The position numbers and the translations under genes were made by a program. From the IMG/VR virus record IMGVR_UViG_2537561991_000013, positions 1 through 26,414 of that record: a stretch of DNA of 26,414 nt; one strand, given 5' to 3'. Each line of letters opens with the position of its first letter. Positions within the stretch are counted from its first letter, which is position 1. The DNA comes from a virus (lineage: Duplodnaviria; Heunggongvirae; Uroviricota; Caudoviricetes). The notes below the pieces were generated by a model. The model saw nothing but the letters and a program-made list of their open reading frames with translations, was not told where the DNA came from and did not search any database. Positions 10,869-18,741 of this stretch are shown in pieces.

Positions 10869-10897
10869 TTGAAGAATTACCCGTAAGGTAATATCAT
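10869..10897 (+). promoter_or_regulatory. sigma-70-like promoter candidate (TTGAAG - 17 bp - TATCAT)
   Basis: -35 TTGAAG at 10869..10874 and -10 TATCAT at 10892..10897 with 17-bp spacing, upstream of the hairpin at 10932 and the ORF at 11009. Confidence 0.35.
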
Positions 10898-10931
10898 ACT
10901 ATTTAGGTAACTGCGGTTATCACCATCAAGG

Positions 10932-10967
10932 GCCACTGATGACGCTGTTATCATCAGTGGCTTTTTG
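10932..10967 (+). terminator. strong intrinsic-terminator-like hairpin (11-bp perfect stem GCCACTGATGA / TCATCAGTGGC, 8-nt loop, TTTTT tail)
   Basis: Perfect inverted repeat 10932..10942 / 10951..10961 followed by TTTTTG; about 40 nt upstream of the RBS of the 11009 ORF, so it may be an attenuator or the end of a ~60-nt RNA. Confidence 0.5.
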
Positions 10968-10970
10968 TAC

Positions 10971-10992
10971 CTTCACTGCACAGCCAGTGAAG
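10971..10992 (+). promoter_or_regulatory. 8-bp perfect inverted repeat (CTTCACTG-cacagc-CAGTGAAG) just upstream of the RBS of the 11009 ORF
   Basis: Inverted repeat ends 4 nt before GAGGAG (10997..11002); candidate operator or translational control hairpin. Confidence 0.35.
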
Positions 10993-11008
10993 TGTTGAGG
11001 AGACTAGC

Positions 11009-11350
11009 ATGAGAACAGTAGCGAGAAGATCGATACAGACGATTGAGCGTCGGACTCAACTCGTCAGTTCTTTTGTTGACTCAAACACAGCAAACGAGTT
11101 CTTCGTGAGAAGACTGAGTGATCGTGTCTCCCCGGCACGTCAGCTGTTTATTGTGACATTGAACAATGAGGTTCGTGACGGTGACGTGATCCCGTTCGCT
11201 GAGATCGCCATGAACAAAGAAAAATTGCGCTATGTTGTGAAGCCAGCAGATCAGTATCCTCAGTATGTAAGCAGTAATCTGCTGAAGAAAATTGAAGCGG
11301 CAATTGCTCTATACATGCAGAAGAACTACAGGGAAATTAACTACCATTAA
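11009..11350 (+). CDS. hypothetical protein (113 aa), first gene of a two-gene cassette at the int-proximal end of the prophage
   Basis: ORF with GAGGAG RBS at 6-nt spacing; no recognisable motif; followed 11 bp later by a second ORF. Confidence 0.5.
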   Translation: MRTVARRSIQTIERRTQLVSSFVDSNTANEFFVRRLSDRVSPARQLFIVTLNNEVRDGDVIPFAEIAMNKEKLRYVVKPADQYPQYVSSNLLKKIEAAIALYMQKNYREINYH

Positions 11351-11361
11351 AAGGTTGCTGA

Positions 11362-12129
11362 ATGGCTCCTGCGTTAATACCTTCATATAACAAGGACTTG
11401 AACATTACGCCATTTGGCGAAAAACGTCTTATTGAGTCATTCTATTTTTTCACTGCCGAGGCTGGCTTACTGAGGGCTGATGAGTACATTGTCAGTTCTG
11501 GTGAGTTTCAGTACTACTTGGATGTGTATCAACTGGGATGTTCCACCGACGACTTTTTTTTAGACTATGGCAGTGACCTTCTTGATTCGAAGGTTCCAAT
11601 GCAGGATCTGGTCAATACCCTCTTGGGTCTTGATATGGTAGACGATAACAAAACGATAAGAATAGGTCGTATACAGTTCAACGACTTTAATTTTATCGAA
11701 GAGAACGGTCAGATGATGACCGGAAAGCAAGTGAAAAGCGCTGTTATCGCACAGGATTTCCAATCAGCAGGTTTGGCGCGTGAGATCTATAAAATGCTTG
11801 CGCGAAAGCATGAGTTTCTCATCTGCGATAACATTCAAAGTATTGCCGGTGGTGCTCTTTGGGCTAGTAGCATCATTCGAATTGCCGAGGTACGGATCTA
11901 CAATTCACGCACGAAGAAATTTATGGACATACTTGGTCCAGGTGCGCGTGGCGTTTCAGGTACTTTGCCATGGAGTGCGAATGATCTGTCTGTAGATGAG
12001 ATTGTTCGCTGGGGTCGTGCGTATGATGATGAAAACTGTTGTCGTCACATTGTACATGTTATCTGTAAGGACCGACTCATTGACGATCAATTTCATGATT
12101 ATGTTTCGATAGGTGGCGCGACAGAATAA
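11362..12129 (+). CDS. hypothetical protein (255 aa), second gene of the cassette
   Basis: ORF closely following the 113-aa gene; no recognisable motif; ends at a bidirectional terminator shared with the integrase. Confidence 0.5.
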   Translation: MAPALIPSYNKDLNITPFGEKRLIESFYFFTAEAGLLRADEYIVSSGEFQYYLDVYQLGCSTDDFFLDYGSDLLDSKVPMQDLVNTLLGLDMVDDNKTIRIGRIQFNDFNFIEENGQMMTGKQVKSAVIAQDFQSAGLAREIYKMLARKHEFLICDNIQSIAGGALWASSIIRIAEVRIYNSRTKKFMDILGPGARGVSGTLPWSANDLSVDEIVRWGRAYDDENCCRHIVHVICKDRLIDDQFHDYVSIGGATE

Positions 12130-12141
12130 CCATCAAAAAGA

Positions 12142-12164
12142 CCCGGCATTTGCCGGGTTTTTTC
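12142..12164. terminator. bidirectional intrinsic terminator (CCCGGC-ATTT-GCCGGG flanked by A-run and T-run)
   Basis: 6-bp GC stem with AAAAAG upstream and TTTTTTC downstream; sits between the convergent 11362..12129 gene and the integrase. Confidence 0.6.
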
Positions 12165-12170
12165 TTCAAA

Positions 12171-13349
12171 TCACTTCTTCATTCCAGATTCCATTGCGGT
12201 TTTCCCGTCGTATTCAGCCAGGTATTTACCGTAATTGCGGAACAGCATTTCCGGCCCCTTATGCCCCATCTGCCCGGCAAGCCAGAAAAGGTTTACACCC
12301 TGGCTAATGTGTCTGGTGGCGAATGTGTGGCGCGTCTGGTACGGGTTACGGTAGCGCACACCAGCTTTTTTCAGGGTCGGCACCCATGCTTTTTTACGGA
12401 TAGCGTCGGCGTTCGTCCAGGGATCTCCCGTTTTCGGATCGCTGAATATGAACTCACTTTTCATAAAGGTGTATTGCTTCTGCGCCTGCAGGGCCGCCAG
12501 CGCCTCACTGTTCAGCTCCACCTTACGGGTACCGGCTTTTGTCTTGGTGCCTTTAAGTACCCCTACGACACTGGCCGCCTGTATGTGCGCTGTATTACCT
12601 ATAAAGTCGATATCGGTCCAACGTAATGCGCATAGCTCAGAGCTGCGTAGCCCTGTATTGAAGGCGAAGCGGAACAGATTCTGCCATTCCTGATACTTGC
12701 AGTGCTGATATATGGCACTGGTTTCCGCAGGCGCAAACGGATCAACTTCGTAATCGTCGGCGTTCGGTTTACTGTCGACCACGTGATACCGGCTGGCGCT
12801 GACAAGAGTTACCGGGTTAATAGTCAACAGGCCATCAGTTACAGCCTCATCAATGGCGCTGCGCAGAAATGACAGGTTATTCCTGATTGTTTTCAGCTTA
12901 GTTTTTCGGCTGGCTATCCAATTTTTTAGTACCGCAGGCGTCAATTCTGTTACATGTAGTTTATGTAGTTCTGATAGTGCTGATAGACATTTTTCGTAAC
13001 CGCCAATGGTTGACGGCGACAGATTGCGGTTCATGCAAATTTTCAGGTATTCATCAAGATAGGACTTAATATTTTTGGTTTTCTTTACTACACCGAATAA
13101 CTCCAGTTTTTTGGAACTGGGGAAATATTTCGCATATTCAAACGTTCCGCTGGCGATCTGATTTTGTATCTCCCCTAGCAGGCGCTCAGCATATTTAATA
13201 CCACGTGTATTTGCCTCAAGCCGAGACAGGGGCTCCCTGCAAAGAACCCCTTTATATGTGAAAGTGATAACTAGTGTTGAAGCAGTTTTATGCTTACGAA
13301 TAGTTACTCCTCTTGGCAGAGATAATAATCCTTGTTCTTTCTTGCCCAT
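12171..13349 (-). CDS. lambdoid-phage tyrosine integrase (not lambda Int)
   Basis: 392-aa ORF from ATG 13349; C-terminal catalytic motifs RHTFATRH...GHKGPEMLFRNYGKY; an overlapping excisionase-like gene lies upstream. Confidence 0.85.
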   Translation of the reverse strand: MGKKEQGLLSLPRGVTIRKHKTASTLVITFTYKGVLCREPLSRLEANTRGIKYAERLLGEIQNQIASGTFEYAKYFPSSKKLELFGVVKKTKNIKSYLDEYLKICMNRNLSPSTIGGYEKCLSALSELHKLHVTELTPAVLKNWIASRKTKLKTIRNNLSFLRSAIDEAVTDGLLTINPVTLVSASRYHVVDSKPNADDYEVDPFAPAETSAIYQHCKYQEWQNLFRFAFNTGLRSSELCALRWTDIDFIGNTAHIQAASVVGVLKGTKTKAGTRKVELNSEALAALQAQKQYTFMKSEFIFSDPKTGDPWTNADAIRKKAWVPTLKKAGVRYRNPYQTRHTFATRHISQGVNLFWLAGQMGHKGPEMLFRNYGKYLAEYDGKTAMESGMKK

Positions 13350-13513
13350 TTTGAAACCTCTATTAAGTCGACCCAGCGTTCTTTAACTCCGTCGACTTTT
13401 AATACATGAACCCCTTCTTTCCATATTCCTCTTTGTATCCGTTTGTTAACGGCATCAACCGTTTCTCCCGCGTCGCGGCAGTAGGTTGATATAGGCACGC
13501 AATCCAGCCCCAT
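13304..13513 (-). CDS. excisionase-like small DNA-binding protein
   Basis: 69-aa ORF overlapping the integrase start by 46 bp (typical xis-int arrangement); basic, with W/K-rich C-terminus. Confidence 0.5.
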   Translation of the reverse strand: MGLDCVPISTYCRDAGETVDAVNKRIQRGIWKEGVHVLKVDGVKERWVDLIEVSKWARKNKDYYLCQEE

Positions 13514-13671
13514 ACATCACCTCACATAACACTCAGCCCACGGCAGTGGCACCACACGTCAAACATTCGCTTCACAACTTCACGACAGTAGAAGCCGTCA
13601 ACATCTCGCGTCAGGTTATAGCGATTGCCGTAACGCTGGTGGACCCATTGTTCAAATGCTTTATTCATTCT

Positions 13672-13950
13672 TTACTTCCTTTTTATGGCTCGTAATTTTT
13701 TCAGGTGCTTTTCCTGCTCAGTGTCCGCGAGAATTTTGCGGTACTCCTGGTGGTCAATATGTTCGAACAGGCAGTTTAACTCACCAATGCGTACCCGCCC
13801 GGATCGTCCGTCCATCCGTCGAAAGAACACTGAGTGCTCAGTGATGCGAGTAATCACCACGGGGTATCCGGCTCTGTCCGTGTATATCTGACCGCGTTGA
13901 ATCAAAGCGAACATGTGGTTATCCCCATCGACAAATTGAGAACACAACAA
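13672..13950 (-). CDS. hypothetical small phage protein
   Basis: 92-aa ORF in the leftward early operon; no motif assigned; start codon uncertain. Confidence 0.4.
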   Translation of the reverse strand: MLCSQFVDGDNHMFALIQRGQIYTDRAGYPVVITRITEHSVFFRRMDGRSGRVRIGELNCLFEHIDHQEYRKILADTEQEKHLKKLRAIKRK

Positions 13951-14037
13951 ACGCTACTGCGAATACCACCCCCAGAGTTACGATTGCATCAGGCCAGCTC
14001 ATTGATTCACCTCCTGCGGCGTCCTGGTATTCGATTT

Positions 14038-14606
14038 TCATTCCGGATGCTCCTGAGCCACATTGAAATCGCCATGATCACGACAAGGCATCACAACAAA
14101 TTCAGGATTGCCATACATTGAGTTGATGATGGAATCAAACTGAATTCTGACCGCTTGCCCGTCACCGGAGGAACGTAACTGGACGGGAATAAATTTACGC
14201 TCACGACCAAACATCTTCTCTGGATAACTCAGGTAACCCGCCTGGATCACCGGGTGTGTACAGAGGTCAAATTTTTTCGGAATGATGCGTTCCAAATCCG
14301 GAAAACAACCGTCCACCAATTTAATGCCGGTAATGGACAGCCGGCGCTGAAACTGGTCGCGATGAACAGGATCGGCTCTTTACTAAAAATCAGCTCTGTC
14401 GTTTCGGCTTTGGCCGGGACGCCACCTTCGAACTGGACAATGATGTTTTTCTTCGTCCGGATGCCGTGAGTCATGCGCAGTGCTACGAAACCATTGGTTG
14501 CCTCAATATGTTTTGGCGTGATGTGAAGACCGTTCAGGTAATAACGAACGTCGTTTTTAGCAGCGCACACCAGAGCGGCGCGAATAAGTTTTGACTGGAT
14601 GATCAT
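14038..14606 (-). pseudogene. DNA polymerase III beta-clamp (DnaN)-like gene split into two overlapping frames (frameshift or authentic disruption)
   Basis: ORF 14247..14606 has KNDVRYYLNGLHI...EATNGFVALRM (compare DnaN QDVRYYLNGMLFE...VATDGHRLAV); ORF 14038..14319 in another frame has VDGCFPDLERIIPKK (compare DnaN VDGRFPDYRRVLPKN). Together they are about half the length of cellular DnaN. Confidence 0.5.
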
Positions 14607-15352
14607 GCTTTATCCTCCCATCCGATTACCTGAAAAAGCCCCATCTTCGGGTGATACCAGCGTGTGCCGCGTGGTTCAGCCTCTGACATCATTTGGTGGA
14701 ACGCCGCCATAAATGTCTCAAGCTCGACGACAGCCCTGCGAGACAACAGACCGTCCGGAGTCATAAATTCGTGCGTGTCGGTAGGGATGTGGTAGGCGTT
14801 GACCAGATTCCGACACTTGGCGTCACTCATTCCGCTTTTGGCTACCACCTGGCGGTAACCGACATATCCGGTGCGCATTGTGCCGCGTTTGATGTTCTCC
14901 ACAGCTTTGGTGACCGTTTCGATCTTCTCTTCAACATGACTCAGGCGCTTCTGCTGGCGAACGGCATCGGCGGCCATTGCAGCGATCATCTCCATTTCCG
15001 TCAGCGGCGCGTGAGTTCGGAAATAGCTGTTAACCAGTTCGCGCTGAACCTGCCATGCAAGAGCATCGTTAAAAGGCTTCGTCAACATCAGGTAACCAGA
15101 CTCGAAAAGAATGATCCCTTTGGCAGTTCGCGCGGCAAAGGCATCAGAAAGTGACTCCGTACGTATTACGTCCGCAGTCATTTCAAGAAAATCCACCCCT
15201 TCGATAAAGTGAGAACGGTTGCGGTTAAACGCAGCACGGGCGGTACCTTCCGGGCGCTGGTGGACGTCATCAATTATTGCAAATGTCACAACACGCTGAC
15301 CGCGATATTCGATTACCGGAAACTGTTTGTTGTTGATGGTTACAATATTCAT
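14603..15352 (-). CDS. phage ORF6N-domain protein (antirepressor-like)
   Basis: Start at ATG 15352 (MNIVTINNKQF...) with GGAGAT RBS; N-terminal segment VVTFAIIDDVHQRPEGTARAAFNRNRSHFIEGVDFLEMT resembles the ORF6N signature (RN...F.EG.DF..LT); the domain assignment is from memory. Confidence 0.5.
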   Translation of the reverse strand: MNIVTINNKQFPVIEYRGQRVVTFAIIDDVHQRPEGTARAAFNRNRSHFIEGVDFLEMTADVIRTESLSDAFAARTAKGIILFESGYLMLTKPFNDALAWQVQRELVNSYFRTHAPLTEMEMIAAMAADAVRQQKRLSHVEEKIETVTKAVENIKRGTMRTGYVGYRQVVAKSGMSDAKCRNLVNAYHIPTDTHEFMTPDGLLSRRAVVELETFMAAFHQMMSEAEPRGTRWYHPKMGLFQVIGWEDKA

Positions 15353-15395
15353 TTTTATCTCCAGACAGCCCGGCGTGTAATACCGGGCATATGTA

Positions 15396-16223
15396 TTACT
15401 TAACCTGAATAAATGGTGTGTTGGCACCGCTGGTCATGTATTGCGGCAGTGTACCGTTCCACTTGTTGATGGCTTCCAGCTCCATAACACCGGGGTTCTG
15501 GCGCAGAGCTTCACCGCGTAAACGAATAGCATCGGCTTCGGCCTGGGCTTTTGTGCGAATCGCATCTGCCTGTCCGGCAGCTTCCGCGCGCAACATGTTG
15601 GCTTCCGCTTCGCGCTGTTTTACTTCCTGCTCGCGTTGCAGGGTTTTCTGGTTCGCCGTGACTTTGGCATTAATGCTGTCGATAACAGTAGGTGGGTACT
15701 CCGGCTTACCCACATATGAGAGGCTCATTACCTGAATACCGATGGGCGTCATTTCTTCCTGAATGTCTTTAAGAGCTGCATCCAGCAGCTCAGACTTGCC
15801 GCCGTCGATAAATTTGTCGGTGGTCATTTTGCTGGCCAGTCGGTTGAGTGCGTCGGCTATCTTCTGGCGCAGGTCGGTGTCGGTAATGTCGTCCACGCCT
15901 TTGCGGTAGGTCTGAAAGACTGTGGTAACTTTGGATGGATCAACTTTGTAGGCCACGCCGATGTGATAGCCGATGGTTGTACCGTCACTCATCTGGAAAC
16001 TGAATGGATCATCGTAGGTCTTCATCTGCTTAAAGGTCGGGAAGATGTAAACCTCAGTGTTCCATCCCGTCCAGTAGCGCCCAACACCGACCACTTCACC
16101 GACGCCTTTATCGTCGCCCAGTTTGTTTACTTTGATGCCCACATTACCAGGCTCAACGCGATCGCAACCGACAAGGCCAATGGTCGGCAGAACAAGGGCT
16201 AAAGCAAAAAGTAATTTTTTCAT
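15396..16223 (-). CDS. SPFH/band-7 (prohibitin-like) lipoprotein
   Basis: Signal peptide with lipobox (MKKLLFALALVLPTIGLVGC), SPFH-like core and an Ala/Glu-rich coiled-coil C-terminus (AEANMLRAEAAGQADAIRTKAQAEADAIRL). Confidence 0.6.
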   Translation of the reverse strand: MKKLLFALALVLPTIGLVGCDRVEPGNVGIKVNKLGDDKGVGEVVGVGRYWTGWNTEVYIFPTFKQMKTYDDPFSFQMSDGTTIGYHIGVAYKVDPSKVTTVFQTYRKGVDDITDTDLRQKIADALNRLASKMTTDKFIDGGKSELLDAALKDIQEEMTPIGIQVMSLSYVGKPEYPPTVIDSINAKVTANQKTLQREQEVKQREAEANMLRAEAAGQADAIRTKAQAEADAIRLRGEALRQNPGVMELEAINKWNGTLPQYMTSGANTPFIQVK

Positions 16224-16408
16224 CTTTTATCCTTAGAAAAAGAAAGACCCTTATAAATGGCATAAATGCAGGGCGGGGTCAGACACGCCAGAGCAAAGCC
16301 AGAAATCACTGCTACCGTATCCTTCATTGATATGAGGGCCGGAACGATTAATCCGTAAATACATGTGATAATTGCCAGTGATATAACTATTCTGAAATAA
16401 ATGTTCAT
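16220..16408 (-). CDS. small membrane protein (2 predicted TM), translationally coupled to the SPFH gene
   Basis: 62-aa hydrophobic ORF whose stop overlaps the SPFH start by 4 nt. Confidence 0.45.
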   Translation of the reverse strand: MNIYFRIVISLAIITCIYGLIVPALISMKDTVAVISGFALACLTPPCIYAIYKGLSFSKDKR

Positions 16409-16468
16409 GGTCCTCCTGATGTATTCGGCTTGCCTTATTTAATTGCGTCATGGTTAATTTCGTTTACG

Positions 16469-16861
16469 TCAGAATGGTTTTGTTGCCATCAGTTCGTAAT
16501 ATCCGGCGCTCCATGTGTCATATTTTCTGAACCATTTTTCTGTATACTGTTTCCTGGCGATGAGTCTGCGCAGTCGTCTGATTGTTCGCTGGTGTGCGCG
16601 GGTATACTCTGTGGTTGATTCTCCACGTTTCCATATCTCATTCCTGTTGAAGATAAAACGCTTGTCAGGATAGCGTTGTCGGAATCCTGAACGTTCAAAA
16701 GCGCGGGTGGTCATAAAGAATGCCAGGTAACGAATTGCCGTTTTTCGGGTGAGGCATTTTTTTGTTCTTCCGTGGCGTGTTACAAAAAATAACGGGCCGA
16801 CGGGTGTATCATGTTTCTGTAATGCCTGGTCAATGGTGCTGGCGGTGCGGTTGTCGATCAT
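16469..16861 (-). CDS. hypothetical basic phage protein
   Basis: 130-aa ORF, Arg/Lys-rich; no motif assigned. Confidence 0.4.
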   Translation of the reverse strand: MIDNRTASTIDQALQKHDTPVGPLFFVTRHGRTKKCLTRKTAIRYLAFFMTTRAFERSGFRQRYPDKRFIFNRNEIWKRGESTTEYTRAHQRTIRRLRRLIARKQYTEKWFRKYDTWSAGYYELMATKPF

Positions 16862-17076
16862 TTCTTTATTTCTCCCGAATAACGTTCATGACTCATTACT
16901 TCCCAGTTCCGGCCGTCGTCTTTCGATAACAGCCGCCAGCGACGGTTAACCTTCAGACTGAGATATCCGGTGCGCTGTATCCGATGCGGAAATATCCGTC
17001 GGCATCGGTACAACAACAGGACCTGCAATGCCTGCCGGTGGATCCGCTCAGGAATGCGTGTTGCTGTTAATGCCAC
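16858..17076 (-). CDS. hypothetical small protein
   Basis: 72-aa ORF overlapping the downstream start by 4 nt; overlaps 17048..17263 in another frame, so one of the two may be spurious. Confidence 0.3.
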   Translation of the reverse strand: MALTATRIPERIHRQALQVLLLYRCRRIFPHRIQRTGYLSLKVNRRWRLLSKDDGRNWEVMSHERYSGEIKK

Positions 17077-17263
17077 CGGTTTCCTCCTGAGCAGGTGCTG
17101 TTATCTGATACCCCGCTCTTTCTGCCAGCCGTATGAATGTATCCATGCTGGCAATCAGCTCGCCATCGCGGACTTTGCAGACACCTGTGACTTGGCCATT
17201 TTCAATTGTCATAACGATCTGCACTTTTTCGTGCACAACAGATACAGGGGATAAATTAGCCAT
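17048..17263 (-). CDS. hypothetical small protein
   Basis: 71-aa ORF, start/stop coupled with 17263..17622. Confidence 0.35.
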   Translation of the reverse strand: MANLSPVSVVHEKVQIVMTIENGQVTGVCKVRDGELIASMDTFIRLAERAGYQITAPAQEETGGINSNTHS

Positions 17264-17622
17264 CAGTTAATTCCTCCGCTGATATATTTTTCTTTCGCGT
17301 AATCAATAATCTCTTGAAAAAGGTTGTCTATAATTAACTTTCCGGTTTCAGTCAGGTATTCAGTATGTTGATTAATCCCGATAGCATTCTGGTATGCAGT
17401 GTGGATTTCGGTTTCACCCTCCACCCGGCCCAATTCACCACGGGTAATACCTTCGAAGCGTAACAGCAACTGGTTTATAAACTGTTCAGTTATTTCTATG
17501 GTCGTAATGTTCCCATCAGGAAGGTCAACAATAAGCAGATTACCACCTGTTTTACGTTTTATTCGATGGAGTGCCGCAACAGCTATACGGCGACGATATG
17601 TATTAATGGGTTCATGTGTCAT
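17263..17622 (-). CDS. hypothetical phage protein
   Basis: 119-aa ORF in the leftward early operon. Confidence 0.45.
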   Translation of the reverse strand: MTHEPINTYRRRIAVAALHRIKRKTGGNLLIVDLPDGNITTIEITEQFINQLLLRFEGITRGELGRVEGETEIHTAYQNAIGINQHTEYLTETGKLIIDNLFQEIIDYAKEKYISGGIN

Positions 17623-17806
17623 TTGTTATTTCCCGTATGCTTTCCTGAGAAACAGTATTGCAACTGACCAGTATCCTGCATTAGCCATTAATAATGCGGT
17701 TTTATAAGCACTTCTGTTTTTCATGCATCACCACCATTTTCAGGTTGTGGAAATTCCCGACCAGAGACCGTTATGTTTTTATGGGTGATTGTTTATTGAG
17801 TTTTCT

Positions 17807-17998
17807 TTATTCGTTGCGCAGTGTGTCGATATACGCGTAAGCCATTTCACAGGTTTTATTCATGGAGCGAATGAGGCAACATAAATAATCGTCTGTCTCT
17901 CCTGAGTCGGGCGAATTCTTAAATATAAATTCAAGCATTGATGTATTCTCTTTTATTTGTGCTGCCACTTCCTCAAGAATATTTAATGGAGTTTTCAT
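17807..17998 (-). CDS. hypothetical small protein
   Basis: 63-aa ORF, stop/start overlapped with 17995..18219. Confidence 0.35.
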   Translation of the reverse strand: MKTPLNILEEVAAQIKENTSMLEFIFKNSPDSGETDDYLCCLIRSMNKTCEMAYAYIDTLRNE

Positions 17999-18219
17999 GT
18001 TCTTTGCTCCTTAAATGCATCGCATGCGCTTCTGGCGTATTGTTGTGCCAGTAAAAAGATATCATCCGAAAGTTCATCACATTCTTCATCACCGGAAGCC
18101 GAAATGATTAACCCCGCTTCAAGCAGTACGGCAATGTGATGAAAAGTTGTCTCCGGTTCGTTGGTAAGGCCTTTGAACATTTTCATCTTATGCTTCCTCC
18201 TGATTTTGTTTATAAGCAT
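17995..18219 (-). CDS. hypothetical small protein
   Basis: 74-aa ORF between the HTH gene and the 63-aa ORF. Confidence 0.35.
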   Translation of the reverse strand: MLINKIRRKHKMKMFKGLTNEPETTFHHIAVLLEAGLIISASGDEECDELSDDIFLLAQQYARSACDAFKEQRT

Positions 18220-18607
18220 CAGTCAATAACAACATTGGATCACAGCCAAGAACATTAGCCAGAGGGATAAGCATGCTGATGGTTGGTTCGTACTCTCCGC
18301 TCTCCCACTGGATGATAATTTCTTCATCGAGATCGAGCAGCCTAGCGAGTTCGGCGGTTGTTAAGCCGCAGGTTTCGCGTTGGGTGCGAATCCGATTCTG
18401 GGAATTAATAGCTAAATTTTGTTTGCATAAACGTGACGCGGTGAGGCTATATTTTTGAGTTACAGCCAGGATGGAGCTGGCAAGTTCAATTAACTCAGGG
18501 TTATTGCTGCTATACAGTAGTGCACCAGTCCCTACTAAGAGCTGAATATTCTCAAGAGCATCGTGCTGATTTGTTGGTAATCCCATATACGATGACATTT
18601 TTCTCAT
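18188..18607 (-). CDS. HTH (XRE-family) DNA-binding protein, first gene of the leftward early operon
   Basis: C-terminal half has an XRE-type HTH (GLTTAELARLLDLDEEIIIQWESGEYEPTISMLIPLANVLGCDP); CGATAAA-type half-sites lie in its upstream region (18640..18690). Confidence 0.5.
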   Translation of the reverse strand: MRKMSSYMGLPTNQHDALENIQLLVGTGALLYSSNNPELIELASSILAVTQKYSLTASRLCKQNLAINSQNRIRTQRETCGLTTAELARLLDLDEEIIIQWESGEYEPTISMLIPLANVLGCDPMLLLTDAYKQNQEEA

Positions 18608-18696
18608 CCTCTATAATTGCTTTGGTGAGTTCGATACCTATGTCAAGATAATAGGTTTACCGATTTCACCTGTCAATCGGTTTATCGATTTTTTCC

Positions 18697-18723
18697 CAAA
18701 AAAAAGCCCACTTAAGAGTGGGC
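18697..18723 (-). terminator. intrinsic terminator of the repressor gene (GCCCACT-TAAG-AGTGGGC with U-run on the minus strand)
   Basis: 7-bp stem preceded on the plus strand by A9, i.e. a U-tract after the hairpin on the minus strand; 19 bp downstream of the cI-like stop. Confidence 0.6.
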
Positions 18724-18741
18724 GGGTTAAATGATTTTTGC

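Noticed and set aside
10639-11000. A complete ssrA (tmRNA) gene
   Set aside because: Only ~36 nt of the 3-prime end match; the sequence further along does not match the tmRNA body, so this is an att remnant, not a gene.
12150-12626. 158-aa plus-strand ORF overlapping the lambdoid integrase
   Set aside because: Antisense to the integrase 3-prime region and beginning within the bidirectional terminator; no independent support.
14693-15154. 153-aa plus-strand ORF
   Set aside because: Antisense within the ORF6N-like gene; no RBS or motif.
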